A stretch of 64,000 nt of DNA from an uncultured Bacteriovoracaceae bacterium (lineage in GTDB: Bacteria; Bdellovibrionota; Bacteriovoracia; Bacteriovoracales; Bacteriovoracaceae): NCBI GenBank assembly GCA_964012805.1, contig CAXGUD010000005.1, positions 32,001-96,000 on the forward strand, read 5' to 3'. Both the position numbers and the translations under genes were made by a program. The notes below the pieces were generated by a model that did no database searches, had not been told where the DNA came from, and was given only the letters and a program-made list of their open reading frames with translations. Of the stretch, positions 35,732-45,683 are shown piece after piece (position 1 is the first letter of the stretch; each line of letters opens with the position of its first letter).

Positions 35732-36974
35732 TCAATCAAATTACCAACAAAATTTTTTCGATAAAACCTGCCAAGACATGATCTTATCCCATCTTAAAAG
35801 TATGGAAAAGGGTCATTTAAGTCTAACCCTGCCCAATGGTAAAAATTTCATTTATGGAAAAGATTTAAAAGCTCCAAAGGTAGAGCTTCAAATAAAGAAT
35901 CCTAAAATTTTTCAGGATATTATTTTAAAAGGAGATATTGGGTTTGGTGAAGGTTATGTGAAAGGATATTGGGACACCCCCTGTATTTTTAATGTTATTT
36001 CCTGGTTTATTCTCAATATTGACCAAGGCATTTCTATCTCAGGTAGCAAGAAAAAAGGATCTACTTTTGTTAACCTATTCAAGTTTATAAATAAAGTGGG
36101 CCATAAATTAAAAGATAATACAATAAAGGGTAGTAAAAAGAATATTGAGGACCATTATGATATTTCAAATGACTTTTATCAAACTTTTCTTGATAAAAGT
36201 ATGACCTATTCCTGTGCTCTTTTTGATCAACAACAAAAAGACTTAGAAACTGCCCAAAGGGATAAATACCTCTCTCTTGCAAAAAAGCTTAAAATTACAT
36301 CTTCTGATCATGTTCTAGAAATAGGCACTGGCTGGGGCGGGCTTTCTCTTCTCTTAGTAAAAGAATTTGGATGTAAAGTCACAACTATTACCATATCTGA
36401 GGAACAATTTGAGTACGCCAAGGAGCTTCATAAAAAAGAAAATGTTGATCATAAAATTGATCTTAAATTAATGGATTACAGAAACTTAAAAGGGACTTAC
36501 GATAAAATTATATCAATTGAAATGCTTGAAGCAGTTGGACATAAATTCTATAATACTTTTTTCAAAAAAGTTAATGAAGTACTTGCACCAAAAGGGTTAA
36601 TCGGGCTTCAAGTTATCACATCCCCTCACAGCCGTTACAAGGAATTTAGAAAAGGAATTGACTGGATTCAGAAACATATTTTTCCTGGATCTCTTTTACC
36701 CTCTATTCACACAATGAACCAATCTTTAGTCAAAAATGGCGGTTTCGAACTTTACTCCTTGAAGGATATGGGACAAGATTATGCTCTAACATTAAATAAG
36801 TGGGCCGAGAACTTCAACAACAATATTAATCAAGTGGAAAAGCTGGGTTTCTCTAAAGAGTTTATTAGAAAATGGAATTATTATTTAAAATATTGTGAAG
36901 CTGCTTTTTTTCAAAAAAATATTAGTGTTGTTCAATTAATCTATTCCAAGCCCAATAATTTACTCGCTCACTAA
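35724..36974 (+). CDS. Cyclopropane-fatty-acyl-phospholipid synthase family methyltransferase (Cfa/UfaM-like)
   Basis: GDIGFGEGY, NIEDHYDISNDF, MTYSCA, LEIGTGWG, SIEMLEAVG, IFPG, YCEAAF; ATG 35724 follows GAGGT. Confidence 0.9.
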   Translation: MDNQSNYQQNFFDKTCQDMILSHLKSMEKGHLSLTLPNGKNFIYGKDLKAPKVELQIKNPKIFQDIILKGDIGFGEGYVKGYWDTPCIFNVISWFILNIDQGISISGSKKKGSTFVNLFKFINKVGHKLKDNTIKGSKKNIEDHYDISNDFYQTFLDKSMTYSCALFDQQQKDLETAQRDKYLSLAKKLKITSSDHVLEIGTGWGGLSLLLVKEFGCKVTTITISEEQFEYAKELHKKENVDHKIDLKLMDYRNLKGTYDKIISIEMLEAVGHKFYNTFFKKVNEVLAPKGLIGLQVITSPHSRYKEFRKGIDWIQKHIFPGSLLPSIHTMNQSLVKNGGFELYSLKDMGQDYALTLNKWAENFNNNINQVEKLGFSKEFIRKWNYYLKYCEAAFFQKNISVVQLIYSKPNNLLAH

Positions 36975-36985
36975 AGAGGTCTTAA

Positions 36986-37579
36986 TTGAGAAAGAGAGAT
37001 TCACAAAAATCAATTTCACACATTCTTGATATAGCAGCGACCATCTTTATTAAAAATGGAAAAGAAGGTGCCAGGATCGATGATGTCGCCCATCATTCCA
37101 AATTTAATAAAGCGCTTATTTATCACTACTTTAAAAATAAAGACGATTTATATGCAAAAACTCTCATCAATATATTAGGAAAAATAAAAAGAGGATATAA
37201 AGAGCTCCCACCATCTTTAGATGGTGCCCTTCTTTTTTGGCTTAACAAAGCAGAAAAAAGCAAAGAAGTCATTAAGATTATGTTGAGAGACTCTTTAGAA
37301 GACAAACCATTAGGCCTAAAGATTATCAAGGACATTTTAAATGAAAGCTACGAGCATGGAGAAAAGGAAATAAGAAAGAAAAAAAATGAAGGCCTAATCG
37401 ATCCAAATATTGATGAGAGGTACCTCCTGTTTTTAATTACATGTATCATAATTACTCCCTATAGTTTTCCTGGTCTCACAAAGTCTATCGTTGGGGTATC
37501 GCCCTATTCAAAATCTTTTAAAACTAACTTTTCACTGATTCTTACTCAATTTTCAAAAGGCCTTAAAGATGTATCCTAA
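36986..37579 (+). CDS. TetR/AcrR family transcriptional regulator
   Basis: N-terminal HTH: GARIDDVA....NKALIYHYFKNKDDLY. Confidence 0.9.
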   Translation: MRKRDSQKSISHILDIAATIFIKNGKEGARIDDVAHHSKFNKALIYHYFKNKDDLYAKTLINILGKIKRGYKELPPSLDGALLFWLNKAEKSKEVIKIMLRDSLEDKPLGLKIIKDILNESYEHGEKEIRKKKNEGLIDPNIDERYLLFLITCIIITPYSFPGLTKSIVGVSPYSKSFKTNFSLILTQFSKGLKDVS

Positions 37580-38132
37580 AAAAAATGTGAGTTCTTTCAG
37601 TATTACCACTTTTTTAAGAAGGTTTATCCCTTTAAGTCTCTTAATTTTCTCTTGTATCCCGTCTGCTTTATCCTCCACAAAAATTACTTTGCCCAAAGAT
37701 CGTGAAGCAAGAGTCATTAAGTTTTTTAATTCTGCAAATTTTTCAAACATGAAATCGCTTTGTGAAAAATTTTATCATCCAAAAATCATTTTTGACGATC
37801 CACTTGGTACCATTGAGGGTCGCAGTGAAATGATAAAATACTACCTAAACCTCTACCAAAACGTCGTTGATATAAAGTTTGATTTCAAAGATTCAACGAA
37901 GAATAATTCTAATTCATACATGTTTTCCTGGGTGATGTACTTAAAGACTAAGAGTCTTAAGTCGGGTGAAGAGATCAAACTTGAAGGTGTTTCTCACTTA
38001 AAATTTGATCCAAAAACCAATCTCGTCATTTACCACAGAGATTATTTTGATATGGGTGCCTTTATTTATGAACACATCCCACTCGTTGGTAGCTTAATTA
38101 GATATATAAAAAGAAAGCTTTCAAGTCACTAA
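37569..38132 (+). CDS. NTF2/SnoaL-like protein, probably exported
   Basis: FYHPKIIFDDPLG, GVSHL, HRDYFD, IYEHIPLVG; hydrophobic N-terminus. Confidence 0.8.
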   Translation: MYPKKNVSSFSITTFLRRFIPLSLLIFSCIPSALSSTKITLPKDREARVIKFFNSANFSNMKSLCEKFYHPKIIFDDPLGTIEGRSEMIKYYLNLYQNVVDIKFDFKDSTKNNSNSYMFSWVMYLKTKSLKSGEEIKLEGVSHLKFDPKTNLVIYHRDYFDMGAFIYEHIPLVGSLIRYIKRKLSSH

Positions 38133-40492
38133 ACCTTTTCAAAAGAGACAACAAGGGACTTCGATACAGGCGTAAAGCTTCTGTGCGCATGATTTTCAAG
38201 ATGAACTAATTCATTTGACTCCGGAAAATAAGTTGCTGTACAGCCTCTCGGTATATCAAAAGGCACAATAAAAAAGTTTTTTACAACCCTTTGACCTTCT
38301 CCGAAATAACTTACTATATTGACCTTATCTTTTTCCACAAACCCTTCTCTGACCATATCTTCAGAGTTCATGAATACAACCCTCCTCTGGCCATAAATGC
38401 CTCTATAACGGTCATTCTTTCCATAAATGGTCGTATTAAATTGATCATGAGTACGAATCGTCATCATATGATACTGATCTTTCTTTAGTTTCCAACCTGG
38501 GAGGTTATGCAGTGTAAAGAGGGCCTTGCCATTTTTTGTTGTAAAACGGCATTCATCCCTTACAGGATGGGGTAAATAAAACCCAGCGCGACCTTTTACT
38601 CTCTTATTATAATCTTTAAAATCAGGAATACTTTTTTCTATTAAGTTTCTTATCAAGTCATAATTTTCACGGAACCCTTTCCAATCTAATATAGGTATTC
38701 CTTTTTGCTCTCTTTTTTTAAGAACCCTCTCAGCAATTTCAGAAATAATAGAAACCTCGCTCTTCAAATCATGATCAATGGGCTCTTGTGCCCCCTTCGA
38801 GGAGTGAACAAAACTCATTGAATTTTCTACAGTCACAAACTGGATTCCTTGACTTGTTTCATCTTTTTCAGAGCGGGCCAAACAAGGGAGGATTAAAGCT
38901 TCATCACCAGTTACAAGGTGAGATCGATTTAAGTTTATAGAAACCTGAACCGTCATTGCACAATTTTGAAGGGCCCTCGCTGTTCTATGGGTATCTGGAG
39001 TAGCCGATAAAAAATTTCCTCCAAGAGCAAAAAATAAATCTACCTGTTTATCCTCCATGGCCTTAATGACTTCAACAGTGTTAAAACCTGCTTTTCTAGG
39101 AAAGGAGTAATCAAAAGCTTTATCTAGATTATCTATGAAAGAATCCGATGGTTTCTCATGAATTCCCATCGTCCTATCTCCTTGAACATTACTATGCCCT
39201 CTAACAGGACAAGCTCCTGCTCCAGGTTTACCAAAGTTACCTTTTAACAAAAGAAGGTTAACTATTTCTTGAATATTACTAACAGCATTTTCATGCTGAG
39301 TAAGACCCATGGCCCAACATATAATTGTCCTATTACTTTTCAAATAAGCTTCTGCAAGAGATTCCATTTCTTTTTTAAAAACCCCTGCGCCTATAATTAA
39401 ATTATCCCAGGAAGTATTTAAAATATTTTTTTGAAATTCTTCAAAACCAATGGTCTTTTCTTTTATAAAATTTAAATCAAGTGAAAAACTATTATTTGGA
39501 TCCGAAACCTTTTCAAAAATTGACTTCATAACTCCTTTAAAGAAAGGCACGTCTCCATTAATTTTTATAGGTATGTGATGATAAGCTAAGGGAAGACCCA
39601 AGCCTAAAAGCCCCTCCAGTTTTTGAGGGTTTGCAAAAGAAGCTGTCCCGGATTCAAAAAGAGGATTAATAGAAACAACTCTTGCCCCTTTCTCAGTAAC
39701 TGCTTTTTGAAGAGCCGAAAGCATCCTCGGGTGATTGGTCCCTGGGTTTTGCCCTACAACCAAAATAAGCTCTGCTTCATTGAAGTCATCTAATGTGACG
39801 GTTCCCTTGCCGATGCCAATTGATTCACCTAATGCCACACCACTCGACTCATGACACATATTAGAACAATCTGGAAGGTTATTTGTGCCCAATAGTCTGA
39901 CAAAAAGCTGGTACAAAAAAGCTGCTTCATTACTAGTTCTTCCTGAAGTATAAAAACTTGCCCTCTCCTGAGATTTTAGAGAACAAATCTTCTTAGAAAT
40001 TAGGTCAAAAGCATTGGCCCAACTAACTTCTTCATAGTGTGATGAGCCTTTGGCCAAATACATTGGTTTGGTTAAACGACCAAGCTCAGTCAACCATAAG
40101 TCACTTTTTAAGGAAAGCTCCTCAACACTCCACTTTTTAAAAAATGAAGATTTAATTTTTTTATCGGTTCCTTCAAGGCTTAAGGCCTTTGCTCCATTTT
40201 CACAAAATTCAGCAAAGGATCTCTTCTCGGGATCAGGCCAGGCACAGCCGGAGCAATCAAAACCTTCCTTTTGATTAACTTGACCCAAAATTTTTAAACC
40301 TTTCTTTAGACCCATTCTAGAGAAGATATGATTCCCTGTAGATAAAACAGCTTTTGGGCCAGCTGCTTTTGTTGCCTTTACACCAATTATGAGGGGGTCC
40401 TCAGTTTCTGGGCAGAGAGGATAAACAAACCTTTTTCCTGGCTCTTGTATTGGCACTTGGTTTTCCCCATCTTTCATTTTATCATCACTCAT
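38129..40492 (-). CDS. FdhF/YdeP family molybdopterin oxidoreductase
   Basis: GFDCSGCAWPDP, EFCENGAKA, YTSGRTSNEAAF, NLPDCSNMCHE, RGHSNVQG, RTHDQFNTTIYG; start probably 40492. Confidence 0.92.
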   Translation of the reverse strand: MSDDKMKDGENQVPIQEPGKRFVYPLCPETEDPLIIGVKATKAAGPKAVLSTGNHIFSRMGLKKGLKILGQVNQKEGFDCSGCAWPDPEKRSFAEFCENGAKALSLEGTDKKIKSSFFKKWSVEELSLKSDLWLTELGRLTKPMYLAKGSSHYEEVSWANAFDLISKKICSLKSQERASFYTSGRTSNEAAFLYQLFVRLLGTNNLPDCSNMCHESSGVALGESIGIGKGTVTLDDFNEAELILVVGQNPGTNHPRMLSALQKAVTEKGARVVSINPLFESGTASFANPQKLEGLLGLGLPLAYHHIPIKINGDVPFFKGVMKSIFEKVSDPNNSFSLDLNFIKEKTIGFEEFQKNILNTSWDNLIIGAGVFKKEMESLAEAYLKSNRTIICWAMGLTQHENAVSNIQEIVNLLLLKGNFGKPGAGACPVRGHSNVQGDRTMGIHEKPSDSFIDNLDKAFDYSFPRKAGFNTVEVIKAMEDKQVDLFFALGGNFLSATPDTHRTARALQNCAMTVQVSINLNRSHLVTGDEALILPCLARSEKDETSQGIQFVTVENSMSFVHSSKGAQEPIDHDLKSEVSIISEIAERVLKKREQKGIPILDWKGFRENYDLIRNLIEKSIPDFKDYNKRVKGRAGFYLPHPVRDECRFTTKNGKALFTLHNLPGWKLKKDQYHMMTIRTHDQFNTTIYGKNDRYRGIYGQRRVVFMNSEDMVREGFVEKDKVNIVSYFGEGQRVVKNFFIVPFDIPRGCTATYFPESNELVHLENHAHRSFTPVSKSLVVSFEKV

Positions 40493-41336
40493 AAAGAATC
40501 CTTTCATTTCCTGCGTAACAATTAAAACTCTCTTCCTTTAAAAAACCTACTAGGGTCATTTTATTCTTCTTTGCCAAAGAAACTGCAAAAGAAGAAGGAG
40601 CTCCAATACCTGCAACATATCTTACACCAGACTTAGAAGCTTTTTGGATTAGCTCAAAGCTTATCCGTCCACTTAAAAGAAGCACGCCTGCTTTGGGATT
40701 AACCCTCTTCAAAAGACAATGACCGAACAATTTATCAACTGCATTGTGTCTTCCTACGTCCTCTCGCAAAGCCACCATATTTCCTTCAAAGTCCACCAAC
40801 ATTGCTCCGTGAAGGCCTCCTGTTTTTTTAAATATATCCTGATTTTTTCTTAAAATACTTGGAAGAGAAAAGAAAAAGTTACTTGGAAGAAAATCATTTC
40901 TTATCTTCTCTTCTAATTCTTTTTCACACTTAAGGTTTTGTAAAACGTCTAAACTTTCAATAGAGGTTTTACCACATACACCGCAACTAGAGCTCATATA
41001 ACTACTTCTTTTTAAAGTATCTAAATTGATAGGCTCTTTGGTTAAATAAACACATATATGAGCGTCCTTACCCTCTTCAGATACAACTCCATACTCGTTC
41101 CAGTCAATATCATCATAAGAACTTATGATTCCTTCTGCCAATAAATAACCAACAACTAGATCTTGATCATGCCCAGGTGTTCTCATTGTCAAACTAAGAG
41201 ACTTCTTTTTCCCTCTATAGGAAATTTTCATCTCAAGAGGTTCTTCTATCGCCAAAAAGTCCTCTTGACTTATGAAGTTCCTCCTACCCTTGCAATAAGT
41301 CACTGTTTTTTGAGTATCAATCGCAAATATAGACAC
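40485..41336 (-). CDS. fdhD: Formate dehydrogenase accessory sulfurtransferase
   Basis: EEPL, TMRTPGHD, SSCGVCG, TGGLH, EDVGRHNAVDK. Confidence 0.93.
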   Translation of the reverse strand: MSIFAIDTQKTVTYCKGRRNFISQEDFLAIEEPLEMKISYRGKKKSLSLTMRTPGHDQDLVVGYLLAEGIISSYDDIDWNEYGVVSEEGKDAHICVYLTKEPINLDTLKRSSYMSSSCGVCGKTSIESLDVLQNLKCEKELEEKIRNDFLPSNFFFSLPSILRKNQDIFKKTGGLHGAMLVDFEGNMVALREDVGRHNAVDKLFGHCLLKRVNPKAGVLLLSGRISFELIQKASKSGVRYVAGIGAPSSFAVSLAKKNKMTLVGFLKEESFNCYAGNERILYE

Positions 41337-41392
41337 TTACTCTCCCTAATTTCTCTATTTTTTAAAGGTGTTTTATACGAAAATGAGTCTTT

Positions 41393-42532
41393 TCAAAAGC
41401 GATAAGTTAAACCCAACCTAGTGCGAAATCCCACAGTTTCATAAGTTGTTACAGAAAGAGTTTGGGAGTTTGTTTGGTTTTGGTTTTTTACATAATAATC
41501 AACCATTCCCTTCAAGCCTATTCCAAGAGCCGCATAAAATTTGACACCTGCGCCTAAAAAGTAATGTGCATTAGACTCCGAAAATGATGTCTCATTAGTA
41601 TCCGTGTATTCTCTCTTATCTGTTCCCATACCAAAGCCAAAACCAACAAAAGGTATGAAGGAGTCAAAAGAGAAAGGGTCTGTGAACAAATGATAGTTGA
41701 CTCCACCGGAAAAAGCCGTTTTAGCAACATCACCTTGATCGGTTCCTCCAGAAGTATCTTTTGAAACGTTTTTTATCCACTCAAACTCTCCAAAAAGCGA
41801 TGTCCTCTTAAAAAAGGTTATTTCGCTGGAAGGAAAGTATTTTTCAATTCCTATAGAAAGGGCCATTTCGCTCTTAGAGGTTACTTTAGAAGAAGAAATT
41901 GTTTCTTCCTTAGCGCTTAAACTATTCAAACTAAAATTAGTAAAAGCATCCCAACTTTTCTTTCCAAAAGCTCTTCCTCCATCTCCCCTTGATTTTACAT
42001 GAGAGTCAAGATGACCAAAATAACCTTTTCGGTTAGGTTCTTCATCAAATGAACGTTCCTTTAAACTCTTTAAGTCTTCTCTTTCTTCTTTTGTTTCTTT
42101 ACTTTCTAAATCGGCCAACGTACCTCCTCCATCTATGGGTATGGAAGCAGGTGGAACGTTAAGCATTTTGGTAGGGTCCTTACTCAGTTTAACTGCTGAC
42201 ACTGATTTCAACTGAAGAACTCTTCCGGTATTAATCTCTGATTCATTGATAAGTCTATATATGGCCCAAACAGATCTTGTTGGTGAGATTTTTCTAACAA
42301 CAGCTCTAGCAACAACACCCGTAGAAGTAAGGTAAAATTTAGCATGATTATCGATTTCTAACCCATCATCCGTCCCTCTATTTGCCAGCAATGTTCTTTT
42401 AGTTTTAGATAATTTTAGAATCCTAAAAGTCAATGTCTCATCCATATCTAAGGCGTTACAATTAAATACGATACATAATGACAAAAAGGGGAACAAGATA
42501 AGATTTTTTAAGTTTTTCACAAGCTTTACCAA
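41393..42532 (-). CDS. Predicted outer-membrane beta-barrel protein with N-terminal soluble domain
   Basis: Signal peptide; NRGTDDGL motif; alternating C-terminal strands ending LTYRF. Confidence 0.65.
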   Translation of the reverse strand: MVKLVKNLKNLILFPFLSLCIVFNCNALDMDETLTFRILKLSKTKRTLLANRGTDDGLEIDNHAKFYLTSTGVVARAVVRKISPTRSVWAIYRLINESEINTGRVLQLKSVSAVKLSKDPTKMLNVPPASIPIDGGGTLADLESKETKEEREDLKSLKERSFDEEPNRKGYFGHLDSHVKSRGDGGRAFGKKSWDAFTNFSLNSLSAKEETISSSKVTSKSEMALSIGIEKYFPSSEITFFKRTSLFGEFEWIKNVSKDTSGGTDQGDVAKTAFSGGVNYHLFTDPFSFDSFIPFVGFGFGMGTDKREYTDTNETSFSESNAHYFLGAGVKFYAALGIGLKGMVDYYVKNQNQTNSQTLSVTTYETVGFRTRLGLTYRF

Positions 42533-42546
42533 TTTATTTGAAGTTC

Positions 42547-44115
42547 CTAAAAAAGAAAATTAACTCCACCAGAAAACTTTACTCCACCAACATTTAAACT
42601 AGCTTCTATACTATCTGTAATTTGCTCTACAACTGTCAAACGCCTCATTCCTGTTGAAAGTAGAAAATGAAGACCTACAGATTTATTAAACCAATCTCCT
42701 TTCTCTCTTCCTCCAAATCGATATTTTAATCCTAAGTGGAGGAATGGAAACTCGCTTATTTGAGCTGTATACCGCTTTGAGAAGGAGATGTTTTTTATAC
42801 TCGCTTGTCCTGAACCTATTCCAGTTCCTATATACCAGATATACTTTCTCAATGTTGAAGGTAAACGAAGATACCAGTTTATAGAGAATTTCAAAGAGAA
42901 TTCATTTGAGAGAGCATTTTTTGTTCCAAAATCATAATAGTTATTAGACGTATCTAGGAAGAACTCCAAAGAAAAATGATTTAATTTTGGTGTTGTTCTC
43001 ATTAAAAAATAATCATAACCAATTCCCAAAGAGACACCGCTTCCCTGATAATTCTTATCACTAGGATCAACGTGAGAATTTAGGTTAATACCATAGAGGA
43101 TAAATACTTCATGACCTACCTCATTTTGGAGGGCAAACTTTTGCCTCTCCCTTTCAATTGCAATACCACTGGCAACGAAGAAGTCTCTTAATTGATCTCT
43201 ATCCATATCAACCGACCAAAGGTCTCCTTCGTGAATCATTTTATTTAAGGCAAAAGAACTTATTTCCTTTTCTCCCCTTTTTCTCCTTAAGTATTGCTCG
43301 TAAACATTTGGATGAAGAGATCCATTTTGAACCAAAGAAGTTGCTTCAATATCTTTATATAAATCATCTAGGTCCCTAAAAAACTTTCCCTTCTCAACTA
43401 CTCCGTTAGTTAAGTTTTCTAAAAGCTGAGCCTTTCTTTGCTTACGGACACTTTGAGGACCTCTTCCTTTGTGTTCTGTTTGAGAACTTAGAACATGATC
43501 TGTTGGTGTTCCATCTTCTGATAAAGATAAAGCATCTTTTTTATCCCATTTTGAAAAAGATGTAACTTCAATATGTTGATGCTTAGGAAGATTTGTCTCA
43601 TTCAATGACCTCGACTGGACAGAAGTTTTTCCGCCCTTAATAATTTCTTCTGGTATTCCTTTATCCATAGTTTTACTTTTCAAGTACTCCTCAGGGGTTC
43701 TTTTAGGATCGAGATAAACCATTTTTTGTCTTATTTTTATAGGAGCCAAACCTTTTAGGGCAGAGTCACTTTCGAGGAGTAAAAGCCTTTGACCATGATT
43801 AAGATATTCAGGGGCAAGACTTTTCTTTAAGTACCAGTAAGATTTAGTGGGAAATACTTTTACGGCCTCGCCAAAAGCTACCTTTTTCACATTTACTGGA
43901 TTTTTTGGGTTAGAAAAAAATAGCCACCCGTTTTTACCAGTTTTAAGACCATCCAAAAGGCCTAAATCCATTACGATTGTTTTTTTGCTGTTGCTAACTT
44001 CCTTAATTTTTACCTTTGAAAACCCATAAGAATAACTTGAGGAACCTAAAACCCAAGTTAAGAGGAGGGTAAATGCTACCCGGGAAAACAAAAATTGAAC
44101 GAAAACACAGCGCAT
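42547..44115 (-). CDS. Predicted outer-membrane beta-barrel protein with N-terminal soluble domain
   Basis: Signal-like N-terminus from ATG 44115 (ORF track 44172); DLGLLDGL motif; C-terminal strands ending VNFLF. Confidence 0.65.
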   Translation of the reverse strand: MRCVFVQFLFSRVAFTLLLTWVLGSSSYSYGFSKVKIKEVSNSKKTIVMDLGLLDGLKTGKNGWLFFSNPKNPVNVKKVAFGEAVKVFPTKSYWYLKKSLAPEYLNHGQRLLLLESDSALKGLAPIKIRQKMVYLDPKRTPEEYLKSKTMDKGIPEEIIKGGKTSVQSRSLNETNLPKHQHIEVTSFSKWDKKDALSLSEDGTPTDHVLSSQTEHKGRGPQSVRKQRKAQLLENLTNGVVEKGKFFRDLDDLYKDIEATSLVQNGSLHPNVYEQYLRRKRGEKEISSFALNKMIHEGDLWSVDMDRDQLRDFFVASGIAIERERQKFALQNEVGHEVFILYGINLNSHVDPSDKNYQGSGVSLGIGYDYFLMRTTPKLNHFSLEFFLDTSNNYYDFGTKNALSNEFSLKFSINWYLRLPSTLRKYIWYIGTGIGSGQASIKNISFSKRYTAQISEFPFLHLGLKYRFGGREKGDWFNKSVGLHFLLSTGMRRLTVVEQITDSIEASLNVGGVKFSGGVNFLF

Positions 44116-44293
44116 TATTATCACCAAAACACCGTTTCTTAACCTTACCAATATAACACATGACGTTATCACTCTCTATAAGGTAGGAATGTCCAGTAAT
44201 TACGCCAAACTCCATTGCCCTTTTCTAAAGAGATTGGTAATAAAAGTACTGGAAAAGAAAAGAAGCCAGTAATTTTCAAACGAGGAAAAAACT

Positions 44294-44512
44294 TTGAGCA
44301 GAAAGAAAAAAAACAAAAAACTCTTCTTTTATAACTGCACACTAACAGAAGAGCGTTTTAAAACAACTCAAGAAGCTCCAAATCCAGACGAACTCGTCTC
44401 AATAAAAGCTTACTATGAAATGAACCCGGAAATGGATGACAGACCAGAAAATATTAAGGCAGAGATAGAAAAGCTTGAAGAGACTAGAGAAGCTTTGAAT
44501 GGGTCAGAATAA
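44294..44512 (+). CDS. Small hypothetical protein, 72 aa
   Basis: GAGGA RBS with TTG start; protein-like composition; downstream hairpin. Confidence 0.65.
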   Translation: MSRKKKNKKLFFYNCTLTEERFKTTQEAPNPDELVSIKAYYEMNPEMDDRPENIKAEIEKLEETREALNGSE

Positions 44513-44545
44513 AAACTTCAAAAACTATAAAAAAGTCCATTCAAC

Positions 44546-44565
44546 AGGGTGATAATCATCACCCT
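44546..44565 (+). terminator. Hairpin after the small ORF (terminator-like or stabilising)
   Basis: AGGGTGAT-aatc-ATCACCCT; weak U-tract. Confidence 0.4.
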
Positions 44566-44610
44566 CAAAATTTTCAGAAGTTACCATCTTTAAAAAAAGG
44601 AATTTAAATC

Positions 44611-45543
44611 ATGGAAAAAAGAGATGTGGTTATTGTAGGATCTGGACCAGCAGGACATACAGCAGCCCTTTATAGCTCTAGAGCGAATCTAAAGCCTCTT
44701 GTTTTAGAGGGGCATGAGCCAGGTGGACAACTAACCACCACAACTGATGTCGAAAATTTTCCAGGGTTTCCTGAAGGAGTTCAGGGCCCTGACCTTATGG
44801 ACAAAATGAAAAAACAAGCAGAAAGGTTTGGTACCCAGTATTGGCAAAAAAATGTTGTCAAGGTAGACCTCAATAAGAAACCATTCCTCATTAACTGTGA
44901 AGATGGAACTGAAATTGAAGCAAAAACGGTTATTATCTCAACAGGTGCGAGTGCTAAGTATCTTGGACTTCCAAACGAAAAAGAGTTAATTGGAAAAGGT
45001 GTGAGTGCTTGTGCAACCTGCGACGGTTTTTTCTTTAGAAATAAGATTGTTCATGTTGTTGGTGGCGGAGATACAGCAATGGAAGAGGCAAATTTCCTTA
45101 CCCGCTTCGCTGAAAAAGTCACGATCATCCATAGAAGAGGCTCTCTAAGAGCATCGAAGCCCATGCAGCAAAGGGTCTTCGATAACCCTAAAATAGATAT
45201 TTTATGGAATACGGTCGTTGAAGAAATCCTTTTTGATGACAATGGTGTTAAAGGTATCAGAGTTAAAAATACCGAAACAAATGAATCAACTGAAAGGCAA
45301 ACGGATGGCTTTTTCTTAGGAATTGGACATACTCCAAACACAAGCTTTTTAGGAGATCAGGTACAACTTGACGAAAATGGTTTTATTAAAACTGAAAATG
45401 GTCCAGACACAAATATTCCAGGAGTCTTCGCTTGTGGTGATGTCCAAGATCCTTTTTATAGGCAGGCAATTACTGCTGCAGGTTCAGGCTGCATGGCCGC
45501 AATGAAAGTCGAAAAATTTCTAGAAGACGAAGAAAGTAAATAA
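44611..45543 (+). CDS. trxB: Thioredoxin-disulfide reductase
   Basis: GSGPAG, GGQLTTTTDVENFPGF, CATCDG, GGGDTAMEEA, GDVQD..YRQAITAAG. Confidence 0.97.
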   Translation: MEKRDVVIVGSGPAGHTAALYSSRANLKPLVLEGHEPGGQLTTTTDVENFPGFPEGVQGPDLMDKMKKQAERFGTQYWQKNVVKVDLNKKPFLINCEDGTEIEAKTVIISTGASAKYLGLPNEKELIGKGVSACATCDGFFFRNKIVHVVGGGDTAMEEANFLTRFAEKVTIIHRRGSLRASKPMQQRVFDNPKIDILWNTVVEEILFDDNGVKGIRVKNTETNESTERQTDGFFLGIGHTPNTSFLGDQVQLDENGFIKTENGPDTNIPGVFACGDVQDPFYRQAITAAGSGCMAAMKVEKFLEDEESK

Positions 45544-45683
45544 AACTTACACCAATCAAATATGTAAAAAAGATTGAGTAAAACATACTCAAGCAAAAAA
45601 CACTCTTTTTTTTCCTTTGCCTTATGGTTACCCATTGGGAAAAATAAAATTAAAAGTCCTAATTCAAAAACCAGGGAAGGTTA

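Noticed and set aside
38129..40492. Possible selenocysteine formate dehydrogenase
   Set aside because: The ORF has no in-frame TGA; the active-site region is Cys-type (CSNMCHE), typical of YdeP
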